A stretch of DNA of 64,000 bases from an uncultured delta proteobacterium (lineage in GTDB: Bacteria; Myxococcota; Myxococcia; SLRQ01), in the NCBI GenBank assembly GCA_963727485.1, contig CAVSGM010000002.1, forward strand, positions 1,664,001-1,728,000, written 5' to 3'. The translations under genes were made by a program, and so were the position numbers. The notes beneath the pieces are model-generated. The model was not told the origin of the DNA. It was given only the letters and a program-made list of their open reading frames with translations, and did not search any database. Shown piece by piece: positions 42,999 to 52,549 of the stretch (positions within the stretch are counted from its first letter, which is position 1; each line of letters begins with the position of its first letter).

Positions 42999-43400
42999 CT
43001 ACCGGCGGCGTCGCTTCCGGCGGCCGCGCATCACCACCTGGTAGTCGTGGACCTCGAGGCCTGGGAGCGCGCCCACCCCCTCCACCTTCACCGCCTCCCA
43101 GGGCACGTCGTCGATGCGCCCGGTCTTCTCGTCGATGAAGTGGTGGTGGGGATCGGTCTTGGGGTCGAAGACCACCCGGCCCTCGGCGAGGACGAGCTGC
43201 TGGAGCAGCCCCTGATCCACCAGGAGGTTCAGGGTGTTGTAGACCGTGGCCCGGGAGACCACCGGGAGGCGCGCCTTGACCGCCTGCCACACCTGGTCCG
43301 CCGAGGGGTGGCGGTCGGTGTGGAGCACGTACTCGGCGACGGCGACGCGCTGGGCCGAGGGCTGGATGCCCCGCTCCCGGAAGAGGTCCATGACGTCCAT
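42999..43400 (-). CDS. Fur-family regulator (PerR-like)
   Basis: HPSADQV, SRATVYNTLNLL, PHHHFID; upstream of ahpC-dps. Confidence 0.9.
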   Translation of the reverse strand: MDVMDLFRERGIQPSAQRVAVAEYVLHTDRHPSADQVWQAVKARLPVVSRATVYNTLNLLVDQGLLQQLVLAEGRVVFDPKTDPHHHFIDEKTGRIDDVPWEAVKVEGVGALPGLEVHDYQVVMRGRRKRRRR

Positions 43401-43440
43401 GGGTCTAGACTGTGTCCAAACCTGGAGCCTGTCAAGTCTG

Positions 43441-43490
43441 GCCAGCTCGGCCACCTCGGCCGGCTCGGCCGGCTCGGCCACCTCGGCCGG
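43441..43490. repeat. Short tandem repeat of ~9-bp GCC(A/G)(C/G)CTCG units
   Basis: gccagctcggccacctcggccggctcggccggctcggccacctcggccgg. Confidence 0.6.
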
Positions 43491-43506
43491 CGGGGCGTCG
43501 CGCCGC

Positions 43507-44043
43507 TCACACCCCGCGGGCGGTGCGGCGGACCTCGTCCAGGGGCCGGTCGAGGACCAGCCCGATCTCCCGGAGGACCAACGCCTCGAGCTCGGCCACC
43601 AGCCGGGCGGCGTCGGCGTCCTCGAGGTAGGCGCCGGCGAGGTAGAGGCGCTGGAGCACCAGCGCCGCCCCCCGGTGGGAGGCGCGGCGCCGGGGCGAGC
43701 CCTGGGCCTCGTCGGCGGTGAGCCCCCGGCACGCCAGCTCGGCGAGGGTGATCCCGGCCTCCTCGGCGGAGATCACCGGTCGGAGGTGGGAGGCGGCGTG
43801 GTCGTCCGGGAAGAGCACGCGCACCCCGGACTCGAAGCGGACCACCACGAAGCGCCGGGGGCCGTCGACGTCGATGCGGACCTCGTTGCCCACCACCTCG
43901 CCGATGCCGTGGGGCTGCATCACCACCCGTTCCCCCACCGCGAGCCAGCCGGGACGGAGGCGGTCCCCGTCGCCCTGGTCCCGGACGTCGCCGGCGCCGT
44001 CGTCGTTCGGCACTTCCTCGCTGCTGGCCTGTTCCGCCGCCAC
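43507..44043 (-). CDS. Divergent CarD/CdnL-family protein
   Basis: LAVGERVVMQPHGIGEVVG..FVVVRF..VLFP..HLRPVISAEEA matches the CarD RNAP-interaction domain pattern; TATACT upstream. Confidence 0.7.
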   Translation of the reverse strand: MAAEQASSEEVPNDDGAGDVRDQGDGDRLRPGWLAVGERVVMQPHGIGEVVGNEVRIDVDGPRRFVVVRFESGVRVLFPDDHAASHLRPVISAEEAGITLAELACRGLTADEAQGSPRRRASHRGAALVLQRLYLAGAYLEDADAARLVAELEALVLREIGLVLDRPLDEVRRTARGV

Positions 44044-44206
44044 GTCCGGCCTCCGGATCCCCCGACGGCCCGAGAGTATAGCACCCCCGACCCAGGGGAG
44101 ATCCCCCACCGAGAAGCGCGCCCCGGTGGCCCGATCCCCTGGAGGCACGCCATCCCGGGCACCCTCCGCCCTTGCCCCGGGGCCCCACCGACACGAACGT
44201 GACGGC

Positions 44207-45211
44207 GTGCTGCCCCCCGCCCCCACCGTCCTCGTCGTGGGCGGTACCGGCTTCGTGGGTCGGCACCTGTTTCCGGCGCTCACCGAGGCCGGGTACCAGG
44301 TGCGGCTGACCTCCCGGGCCCCCTCCGACGCCCTCGATCGCCACCCCGGGCACACCTGGGTGGAGCTCGACCTCGATCGCCCGAGCACCTTGCGTGGGGC
44401 GCTCGCCGGCTGCCGCGCCGCGGTCTACCTGGCCCACGGCCTCCGGACCGCCGGCGACCTCGAGGGCCGGGAGGCCGAGGCGGCCCGGAGCTTCGCCCGC
44501 GCCGCCGCCGACGTCGGCCTCGAGCGGATCGTCTACCTCGGCGGGGTGGCCCCCACCGGCCGGGCCACGCCCCACCTCGCCGCGCGCCTCGCCACCGGCC
44601 GCATCCTGCGCAGCGGCCCGGTCCCCACCGTGGAGCTCCGGGCGGGGATGATCGTCGGCGCCGGGAGCGAGGGCTTCCGCATCACCCGGGACCTCGCCGC
44701 CCGCCTCCCGGCCATGCTCCTCCCCAGGTGGCTCGAGTCCCGGCAGCAGCCGGTGGCCCTCGCCGACGTCCTGGTCGCCCTCCGGACCGCCCTGGAGCTC
44801 CCGGAGGCGGGGCCGGTGGTCTACGACGTCCCCGGCCCCGAGATCCTCACCGGCCGGGAGATCCTCCTGCGCCTCGCCCGGCTCCTGGGCCATGACCCGG
44901 TCATCGTCGGGGTCCCCTTCGTCACCCCCCGGCTCTCGGTGTGGTGGATCCGACTGGTCACCCGCGCCGATCCCCGCCTCGCCTCCCGCCTGGTGGAGGG
45001 CCTGGGCAGCGATCTCCTCGCCGCGGACGAGGGCATCTGGCGGCTGCTCCCGGACCACGTGCGCCTGGGCTTCGACGCCGCTGCCCGCCTGGCCCTGGCC
45101 GGCGAAGCGGAGGGGGTGCGCGGGGCGGGGCGGGTGGTCGAGCGCCTCGCCCACCGGGTCTCCCGGCGCTCCCATCCCGCTCCGCCGCTGGACGAAGCGC
45201 CCCGTCGGTAG
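44207..45211 (+). CDS. Atypical SDR / NAD(P)H-binding epimerase family protein
   Basis: VLVVGGTGFVGRHL, RIVYLGG, ELRAGMIVGAGS. Confidence 0.88.
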   Translation: MLPPAPTVLVVGGTGFVGRHLFPALTEAGYQVRLTSRAPSDALDRHPGHTWVELDLDRPSTLRGALAGCRAAVYLAHGLRTAGDLEGREAEAARSFARAAADVGLERIVYLGGVAPTGRATPHLAARLATGRILRSGPVPTVELRAGMIVGAGSEGFRITRDLAARLPAMLLPRWLESRQQPVALADVLVALRTALELPEAGPVVYDVPGPEILTGREILLRLARLLGHDPVIVGVPFVTPRLSVWWIRLVTRADPRLASRLVEGLGSDLLAADEGIWRLLPDHVRLGFDAAARLALAGEAEGVRGAGRVVERLAHRVSRRSHPAPPLDEAPRR

Positions 45212-45242
45212 CACCCTGCACCGTCAGGAGGCCACCCCACCC

Positions 45243-45944
45243 ATGATCGAGCACAGGCCCTTCGCCGACCTCGGCGGCGCCGACCACGGCTGGCTCAAGA
45301 CCCGCCATCACTTCTCCTTCGCCGACTACTTCGACCCCGAGCGGATGAGCTGGGGCGACCTGCGGGTGTGGAACGACGACGAGATCGCCCCGGGCACCGG
45401 CTTCCCCCTCCACCCCCACGCGAACATGGAGATCATCACCTACGTGCGCGACGGGGCCATCAGCCACCAGGACTCGGTGGGCCACCAGGGGCGCACCGCC
45501 GCCGGCGACGTGCAGGTGATGTCCGCGGGTACCGGCCTGCGCCACGCCGAGTTCAACCTCGAGGACGGGGTCACCCGGATCTTCCAGATCTGGATCCTGC
45601 CCACCGAGACCGGCGGCGAGCCCACCTGGGGCACCCGGCCCTTTCCCCGGGCCGACCGCGCCGGGCGCTTCGTGGTGCTGGCCAGCGGCCTCGGCGACGA
45701 CGGCGACGCGTTGCCCATCCGGGCCCGGGCCCGGGTCCTGGGGGCGACCCTCGGCGAAGGCGGGAGCGCCACCCTCGAGGTCGACCCGGCCCGGCACCTC
45801 TACCTGGTCCCCGCGGTGGGCGAGGTCGAGGTGAACGGGGTCCAGGTCGCCGCCCGGGACGGGGTGGCGATCACCGGTGAGGCGGCGGTCTCGGTCCGCG
45901 CCCTCGGCGACGGCGCCGAGGTGGTCCTCGTGGACGCCCCGTGA
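45243..45944 (+). CDS. Pirin-family protein (YhhW-like)
   Basis: HHFSFADY, GFPLHPHANMEIITYV, QVMSAGTG..HAEFN. Confidence 0.95.
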   Translation: MIEHRPFADLGGADHGWLKTRHHFSFADYFDPERMSWGDLRVWNDDEIAPGTGFPLHPHANMEIITYVRDGAISHQDSVGHQGRTAAGDVQVMSAGTGLRHAEFNLEDGVTRIFQIWILPTETGGEPTWGTRPFPRADRAGRFVVLASGLGDDGDALPIRARARVLGATLGEGGSATLEVDPARHLYLVPAVGEVEVNGVQVAARDGVAITGEAAVSVRALGDGAEVVLVDAP

Positions 45945-46612
45945 CCGTGGCCGACGTCCCAGGCGCGTCCGACGCCACGCCCGGCGCCGACGCCCCGGCG
46001 CCGCGCCGCGGCCCCCGCCTCACCCTGGCCCTGGCGCTGGCCGCCGGCTGGGTGGCGATCCTCTGCCTCGGCCGGGCCGGGGGACGCATCGCCCCGGTCC
46101 TCGGGGTCTACGCCGTGGGGGTCCTCGCCCTGACCGCCGCCGCCTGGCCCGAAGCCCGGGAACGCCTGCGGGCGCGCTGGTCCGAGCTCGGCCTCGGCCT
46201 CGGCGCCGGGGTGGTCCTGGCGCTGGCCGCCTACCCGGTCTTCGGGGCCCTGGTGGAGCGCGACCCGGGCCTCGCCCCCCAGCTGGCCCGACTCTACACC
46301 CTCGCCGGCGCCCGGGGCGCCGCGGCGATCTGGCTCCTCCTCGCCGCCGTGGCCGAGGAGGTCCTGTTCCGGGGCCTGCTCTACGATCTCCTCGCGGACC
46401 TCGGCCCCACCCGGGCGGTGGGCCTCACCGCCCTCGTCTACGGCGCCGCCCAGCTGGGGACCGGTGCCTGGCTGGTCGGGGTCGCCGCCGCGGCCCTGGG
46501 GCTCGTGTGGGGGATGCTCCGGGCGAGCACCGGCCGGGTGGTGGCCCCGCTGCTGGCGCACCTGGTGTTCAGCACCGTGGTCCTGGTGATCCTCCCCCTG
46601 GTCCGGTTCTAG
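45941..46612 (+). CDS. CPBP (CAAX/Abi) intramembrane metalloprotease family
   Basis: AEEVLFRG, PLLAHLVF; multiple TM segments. Confidence 0.85.
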   Translation: MTVADVPGASDATPGADAPAPRRGPRLTLALALAAGWVAILCLGRAGGRIAPVLGVYAVGVLALTAAAWPEARERLRARWSELGLGLGAGVVLALAAYPVFGALVERDPGLAPQLARLYTLAGARGAAAIWLLLAAVAEEVLFRGLLYDLLADLGPTRAVGLTALVYGAAQLGTGAWLVGVAAAALGLVWGMLRASTGRVVAPLLAHLVFSTVVLVILPLVRF

Positions 46613-46646
46613 GTCGGCGCCTATCGATCGATCGGGGGGTACCGCC

Positions 46647-47099
46647 ATGAAGGCCGGGGAGCTGTGCAACCGCGAGGTGGGGATCATCGACGGCGAGGCC
46701 ACGGTCCTCGAGGCCGCCGAGCGCATGCGTGAGCTCCACACGGGCTCGCTGGTGGTGGTGGGCGACGCCGGGCGGGTGCGCCGGCCTGTGGGCCTCATCA
46801 CCGACCGGGACCTGGTGATCTCGGTGCTGGCCACCGACCCGGCCGGCGCCGGGAGCCTCACCGTCGAGGAGGTGATGAGCACCCCGGTGCTCACCGCCCG
46901 GGAGGACCAGGACGTCAGCGAGGTGATCCCCGCCATGCGCGCCCGGGGCGTGAGGCGGGTCCCGGTGGTCGACGCCGAGGGCGGCCTCCAGGGGATCCTC
47001 GCCCTCGACGACCTGTTGGAGTGGGTCACCGAGCAGCTCACCGACCTCGCCAAGCTGGTGGAGCGGGAGCAGACCCGCGAGCGGCTCCAGGGGCGCTAG
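46647..47099 (+). CDS. CBS-domain pair protein
   Basis: EAAERMRE..GSLVVV..GLITDRDL; GVRRVPVVD..GILALDDL. Confidence 0.92.
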   Translation: MKAGELCNREVGIIDGEATVLEAAERMRELHTGSLVVVGDAGRVRRPVGLITDRDLVISVLATDPAGAGSLTVEEVMSTPVLTAREDQDVSEVIPAMRARGVRRVPVVDAEGGLQGILALDDLLEWVTEQLTDLAKLVEREQTRERLQGR

Positions 47100-47851
47100 G
47101 GACCCTGGGTCAGGGAGACGAGGGTGCCCAGGGAGACCCGGGTGAGGAGCAGGAGGTCCCCGGACGGCGAGCTGGTGGAGGCGCAGCTGCCGAGGTTGTT
47201 GTAGAACAGCGTCGCCGGCGCCGGGGTCACCTTGTAGACCTTCAGCGCGTTGGAGTCGGTGCAGGTCGCGCCCGAGGGCGTGGTGAACTCGTAGGCATAC
47301 CCGGGGGTCGCCGGGCTCCCGTTTGCGCACCGGAACTCGGCCAGGTCGGCGACCTGGCTGCAGCCCGCGTCGAGGTAGTAGGTGCCGCCGTTGTCGAAGC
47401 GACACAGGTGCTGGGGCTGGCAGACGGTGGTGGGCTCGAGGTACTCGCCGGGCACGCAGTAGCGCCCCGTCACCCCGGCCGAGGGATCCACCACCGTCAG
47501 GGGATGGCAGGCGGCGCCGAGCTGGGTGTCGTAGGCGGCGCCGGGCACCGGGAACGCCGAGCCGTCGCTGCCCTTGAAGGTCAGCGGCTGGAGCCGGCCC
47601 CCCGCGGTGAAGCCCCCGCCTCCGGCCGGCCCCGCCGGTCCCTGGGGGCCCGCCGGTCCCGCGGGTCCCTGGGGTCCGGTCGCCCCGGCCGGTCCCGCCG
47701 GCCCTTGGGGTCCCGCGGGACCCGGGGTGCCACCCGCGGACCCCGACGCGGTGCACGCGCCCGCGGCCAGGACAAGGGCGAGCCCCACCGCCAGGTCCAC
47801 CGCCCAGTGCCCGCGGCGCCGGCCGCCCTCCGAGATCCGTCGACTGAGCAT
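47096..47851 (-). CDS. Collagen-like repeat lipoprotein
   Basis: LVLAAGAC lipobox; (GPA/GPQ)n triplets; Cys-rich C-terminus; start uncertain. Confidence 0.75.
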   Translation of the reverse strand: MLSRRISEGGRRRGHWAVDLAVGLALVLAAGACTASGSAGGTPGPAGPQGPAGPAGATGPQGPAGPAGPQGPAGPAGGGGFTAGGRLQPLTFKGSDGSAFPVPGAAYDTQLGAACHPLTVVDPSAGVTGRYCVPGEYLEPTTVCQPQHLCRFDNGGTYYLDAGCSQVADLAEFRCANGSPATPGYAYEFTTPSGATCTDSNALKVYKVTPAPATLFYNNLGSCASTSSPSGDLLLLTRVSLGTLVSLTQGP

Positions 47852-47913
47852 TCTCGGAGCCCTACCAGAGCGCCCCCACCCTGTCGACGCGGGAGTCTCC
47901 CGTGGGATCCCCT

Positions 47914-48487
47914 TCAGGCCCGCGGTCGGGCGTGGCTGGGGTGGTGGATGGCCACGGTGCTCGCCTGGGGTCCGGCCTCGCCGGTCTCCTCCACGAAGCG
48001 CACCGGGGTCCCCACCTCCAGCCGCTCGAAGCCGCCGTCGAGGACCGCCTCCCGGTGGAAGTAGATCCACCGGCCACCTTCGGTCTCGAGGTAGCCGTGG
48101 TCCTGGCCTCGGTGGAGCTCGGCGACGACCCCCTCGGCCATGCGCACCGGCCGCTTGACCTTGTGGCGCATCACCCTCACCTGGTCCTGGAGCTGCCGCC
48201 GCGCCTCGGCGAAGGCCGCCTGGGCCGCGCTGCGCAGGGTCTCGTGACCCGCACACGCCGCCGGGTCCCGGTTCACCACCAGCTCGGCGCCAGGGACCGT
48301 GAGAATCGATGAGCACCCGGTAGTGGCGGCCGCTGCGGTGGTGGCAGTGGGGGATGTCGGCGACCACCCGCACCGCGGTGATCCGGTCGTAGAACCGCTC
48401 CAGCTTGCGGGCGGCGGCGTCGACCGCCCGCCGGTCGGCGGCGGAGGGCTCGAAGCCCCGGTAGGTGACGTCCAGCGGGATCTGCAC
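47914..48487 (-). CDS. HPF/RaiA (S30AE) ribosome-associated protein fused to a cold-shock-like domain; frameshift ~48305
   Basis: GGAGGG RBS and GTG start; QIPLDVTYR..KLERFYDRITAVRVV..HHRSG..YRV; TVPGAELVV..AFAEARRQL; GYLETEGGRWIYFHREAV..GPQASTV. Confidence 0.88.
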
Positions 48488-48509
48488 CGTGTCCCTCCGG
48501 CCGATGACG

Positions 48510-49283
48510 AACGCCTGGCGGCCGAGCGGCGCGGCACCGGGTGCAGCGTTTCCCTTTCGCAGGATCAGGCGCGAGTCCGAGCTTCGTCCCGATTGGTCGG
48601 AAGCAATGCCTCTCACGAGGTTGGTTCGACTTCGGAGCGTTGTGTGCCCACCGGCCCGGGGCGTATCGGGTTGGCCGCGGCGACCTGGCTCGCTCTCCTT
48701 TCGGGGAACGGGTTCAGCGTCTTTCCGGTGGACCGTCCGCGGTCTCCATCCGAGACCGCTTCATTCTCCCGTGTCGTAGCTCCTCCCCAGAGTGCCTGGG
48801 AGCTCGTGCCCGCCTGAAGCCTCACGGCTCCGGGCTCCACCTGCCAGGGTTTCTTCCCTCTTCGCGACCTCTCCAGAGGCGTCCACTGCCGGTGGGGATT
48901 CCCGGTCCCCACGTCTCGTTCCGCCCTCAGGCTTTCCCAACCTCTCGACGGTTTGCTCCGCGCTCCGGTTTGCGGGCCTGTTTCATCCCGCTGCCACGTG
49001 AAGGGTTTTCCCGTTCAGGGGTTTCTCCCGATTCACAGCCGTCTCCGACTCTTCGCCGGTGCGAACCTCCGTGCCGTTGGGGGACCATGGCTCGTGACCA
49101 GCACGTCCACCAACAGCTCCCTCGGCTTCGAGGTCTTGCGCCGTGAACCGATGCGTTCCTTCGGCTCGGGGTTCTCCTCCCCGTTGGTCGCTCCCCTCTT
49201 CGGGTTTGATCGCCGCCTTCGTGCAAGACGAAGGGTGGGCGCTGCTGCCTCCCGGCGTCGCTGACCGCTGACCGCCAGGCACC
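48510..49283 (-). ncRNA. Candidate large (~770 nt) structured non-coding RNA, family unassigned
   Basis: Long terminal duplex 49283-49240 / 48548-48510 with G-U pairs favouring the minus strand; GNRA hairpins; A-rich junctions; no ORF with host codon bias. Confidence 0.8.
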
Positions 49284-49286
49284 TTT

Positions 49287-49315
49287 GAACTAGTCACCGC
49301 CTCTCCGGGGAACAA
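49287..49315 (-). promoter_or_regulatory. Candidate sigma70-type promoter for the ncRNA (TTGTTC-N17-TAGTTC)
   Basis: Predicted +1 near 49280 coincides with the 5' arm of the terminal stem; weak consensus match. Confidence 0.4.
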
Positions 49316-49339
49316 GGGCGGAGGATGCCCCGGCGCGGC

Positions 49340-49371
49340 TTCTCCACAGCTGTGGAGGAAGCTGTGGACTC
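49340..49371. promoter_or_regulatory. Palindrome with DnaA-box-like 9-mers
   Basis: CTCCACAGCTGTGGAG perfect palindrome (49342-49357); TTCTCCACA, TGTGGAGGA, TGTGGACTC versus consensus TTATCCACA. Confidence 0.4.
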
Positions 49372-49433
49372 GTCGTCTCCCCCTGGCCCCGCGGCCGGCG
49401 CCGCTTAGCCTTGGGATCGAGGAGGTCACGCAC

Positions 49434-50003
49434 ATGGCCGCCACGCCCAGGACTCGCATCCTTCTGCTCTCGGGCAACCCCAAGTCGGGCCGAACCACCG
49501 CCCTGCGCACCCTCGCCGCCGAGCTCGCCGGGCTCGGTCCCCGGGGCATGCTCACCGAGGCCCTCGAGACCGACCACGGGGATCGCCTCGGTTACCGCCT
49601 GCGCACCTTCGACGGACGGGAAGCCGTGGTCGCCCACCGGAGCTTCGACTTCGACACCACCCTCGGCCCCTACGGGGTCGACGTGGATGCCCTCGACGAC
49701 TTCGCCGACGCCGCCCTCGACCCGTCGCAGGTGGCCCCGGTGTGGCTGGTCGACGAGATCGGCAAGCTCACCAGCCTCTCCGACCGGTTCGTGGAGCGGA
49801 TGGCCGCGCTCCTCGACGGCCAGGCCCCGGTGATCGCCACCGTCGCCGCCCGGGGCTCGGGCTTCGTGGGCCAGGTGCGCCGTCGCCACGACGCCGAGCT
49901 CTGGGAGGTGACCGCCGAGAACCGCGGCGCCCTGGTCGCCCGCATCGGCGACTGGCTCGCGCCCCACCTCGGGACCCCCCAAGGCGAGGCCGCTCGGATC
50001 TGA
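49434..50003 (+). CDS. THEP1/NTPase_1-family nucleoside triphosphatase
   Basis: ILLLSGNPKSGRTT, GMLTE..RLGY, GPYGVD, LVDEIGKL, VIATV, EVTAENR. Confidence 0.85.
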   Translation: MAATPRTRILLLSGNPKSGRTTALRTLAAELAGLGPRGMLTEALETDHGDRLGYRLRTFDGREAVVAHRSFDFDTTLGPYGVDVDALDDFADAALDPSQVAPVWLVDEIGKLTSLSDRFVERMAALLDGQAPVIATVAARGSGFVGQVRRRHDAELWEVTAENRGALVARIGDWLAPHLGTPQGEAARI

Positions 50004-50004
50004 G

Positions 50005-51096
50005 ATGCGCCATCGGCAAATGGTCCCGGGGGACGGGGTCCCAGCCGCCGATCGCCACGCCCGCGCCCGCGCGGCGATGGTGGCCCTCCTCCGCGCCCGG
50101 GGCGTGGGCGACCCGGCGGTGCTCGCGGCGATGAGCGCCGTGCCCCGGCACCGCTTCGTGGACCCGGCGCAATCCGACGCCGCCTACGCCGACACCCCCC
50201 TGCCCATCGGCCACGGCCAGACCATCAGCCAGCCGGAGATGGTGGCGGTGATGCTCGAGGCCCTCGGCCTCACCGGCGACGAGCACGTCCTCGAGGTGGG
50301 CACCGGGTCGGGCTACCAGGCGGCGCTCCTGGGGCAGCTGGCGCGGGACGTGGTCACCGTGGAGATCGTCCCCGAGCTCGCCGCGCGCGCCCGGGAGGCC
50401 CTCGCCGCCACCGGCGCCGACAACGTCAGAGTCCACCTCGGCGACGGGAGCCTCGGCTGGCCCGCTGGCGCCCCCTACGACGCCATCGTGGTCGCCGCCG
50501 CCGCCCCCCGGGTGCCGGCGCCCCTGGTGGACCAGCTCGCCGACGGCGGCCGCCTGGTCCTCCCGGTGGCCCAGTCCCTCACCCGGGTCACCCGCCACGG
50601 CGACGCCGTCGACGAGGTCCGCCTCGGGGGGTGCGCCTTCGTGCCCCTGGTCGGCGCGCAGGGGTGGATCGCCGGCGGCGACGGGCCCACCTGGAGCCAC
50701 TTCGAGCACGGCGCCGACGTCGGCATCCGCGGCCGGGGCGCCACCGTCGCCGAGGCCTTCGAGGCGGCGGCCCTGGCCCTGACCGCGGTCCTGGTCCCCC
50801 CGGCGGAGGTGGTCCCCCGGGAGGAGGTGGCCTTCGCCTGCGAGGCCCCGGACCAGGACACCCTCCTCTACGACTTCCTCTCCCAGGTGGTCTACGAGAT
50901 GGCGACCCGGGGGATGGTCTTCGGTCGCTACCAGGTCGAGGTCGAGGGCCCTCGCCTCACCGCGCGGGCCTTCGGGGAGCCGGTGGACCGCCTGCGGCAC
51001 CGGCCCACCGTCGAGGTCAAGGGCCCCACCTACACCGAGCTGAGGGTCACCGAGGACGACGCCGGGGTCACCGCCCAGTGCGTCGTCGACGTCTGA
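50005..51096 (+). CDS. pcm: Protein-L-isoaspartate O-methyltransferase fused to archease
   Basis: AYADTPLPIGHGQTISQP, VLEVGTGSGYQAA, FVPLVG; then HFEHGADVGIRG, EVKGPTY, AQCVVDV archease motifs. Confidence 0.9.
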   Translation: MRHRQMVPGDGVPAADRHARARAAMVALLRARGVGDPAVLAAMSAVPRHRFVDPAQSDAAYADTPLPIGHGQTISQPEMVAVMLEALGLTGDEHVLEVGTGSGYQAALLGQLARDVVTVEIVPELAARAREALAATGADNVRVHLGDGSLGWPAGAPYDAIVVAAAAPRVPAPLVDQLADGGRLVLPVAQSLTRVTRHGDAVDEVRLGGCAFVPLVGAQGWIAGGDGPTWSHFEHGADVGIRGRGATVAEAFEAAALALTAVLVPPAEVVPREEVAFACEAPDQDTLLYDFLSQVVYEMATRGMVFGRYQVEVEGPRLTARAFGEPVDRLRHRPTVEVKGPTYTELRVTEDDAGVTAQCVVDV

Positions 51097-51112
51097 CCCG
51101 GGAGCGGGGACC

Positions 51113-52544
<1,432 letters not shown>

Positions 52545-52549
52545 GGGCC

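Noticed and set aside
47096..48616. Apparent 506-aa HPF-collagen fusion ORF
   Set aside because: A frameshift at ~48305 links two separate genes; the intervening translation is shadow-frame sequence
48800..48840. Group II intron domain V-like hairpin (GAGCCCG-GAGCC-GUGA-GGCUU-CAGG-CGGGC) inside the ncRNA
   Set aside because: Bulge and lower stem do not fit, it is ~300 nt from the 3' end, and I see no domain VI or RT ORF; resemblance is superficial, though a cmscan check is worthwhile
48540..49250. Canonical bulge-helix-bulge motif in the terminal stem
   Set aside because: The loops flanking the GCAGCG/CGCUGC helix do not fit the 3-4-3 geometry, so archaeal-type endonuclease processing is not supported directly
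48299..49555. Short ORFs on both strands over the ncRNA region
   Set aside because: No host codon bias or recognisable motifs; better explained by RNA structure
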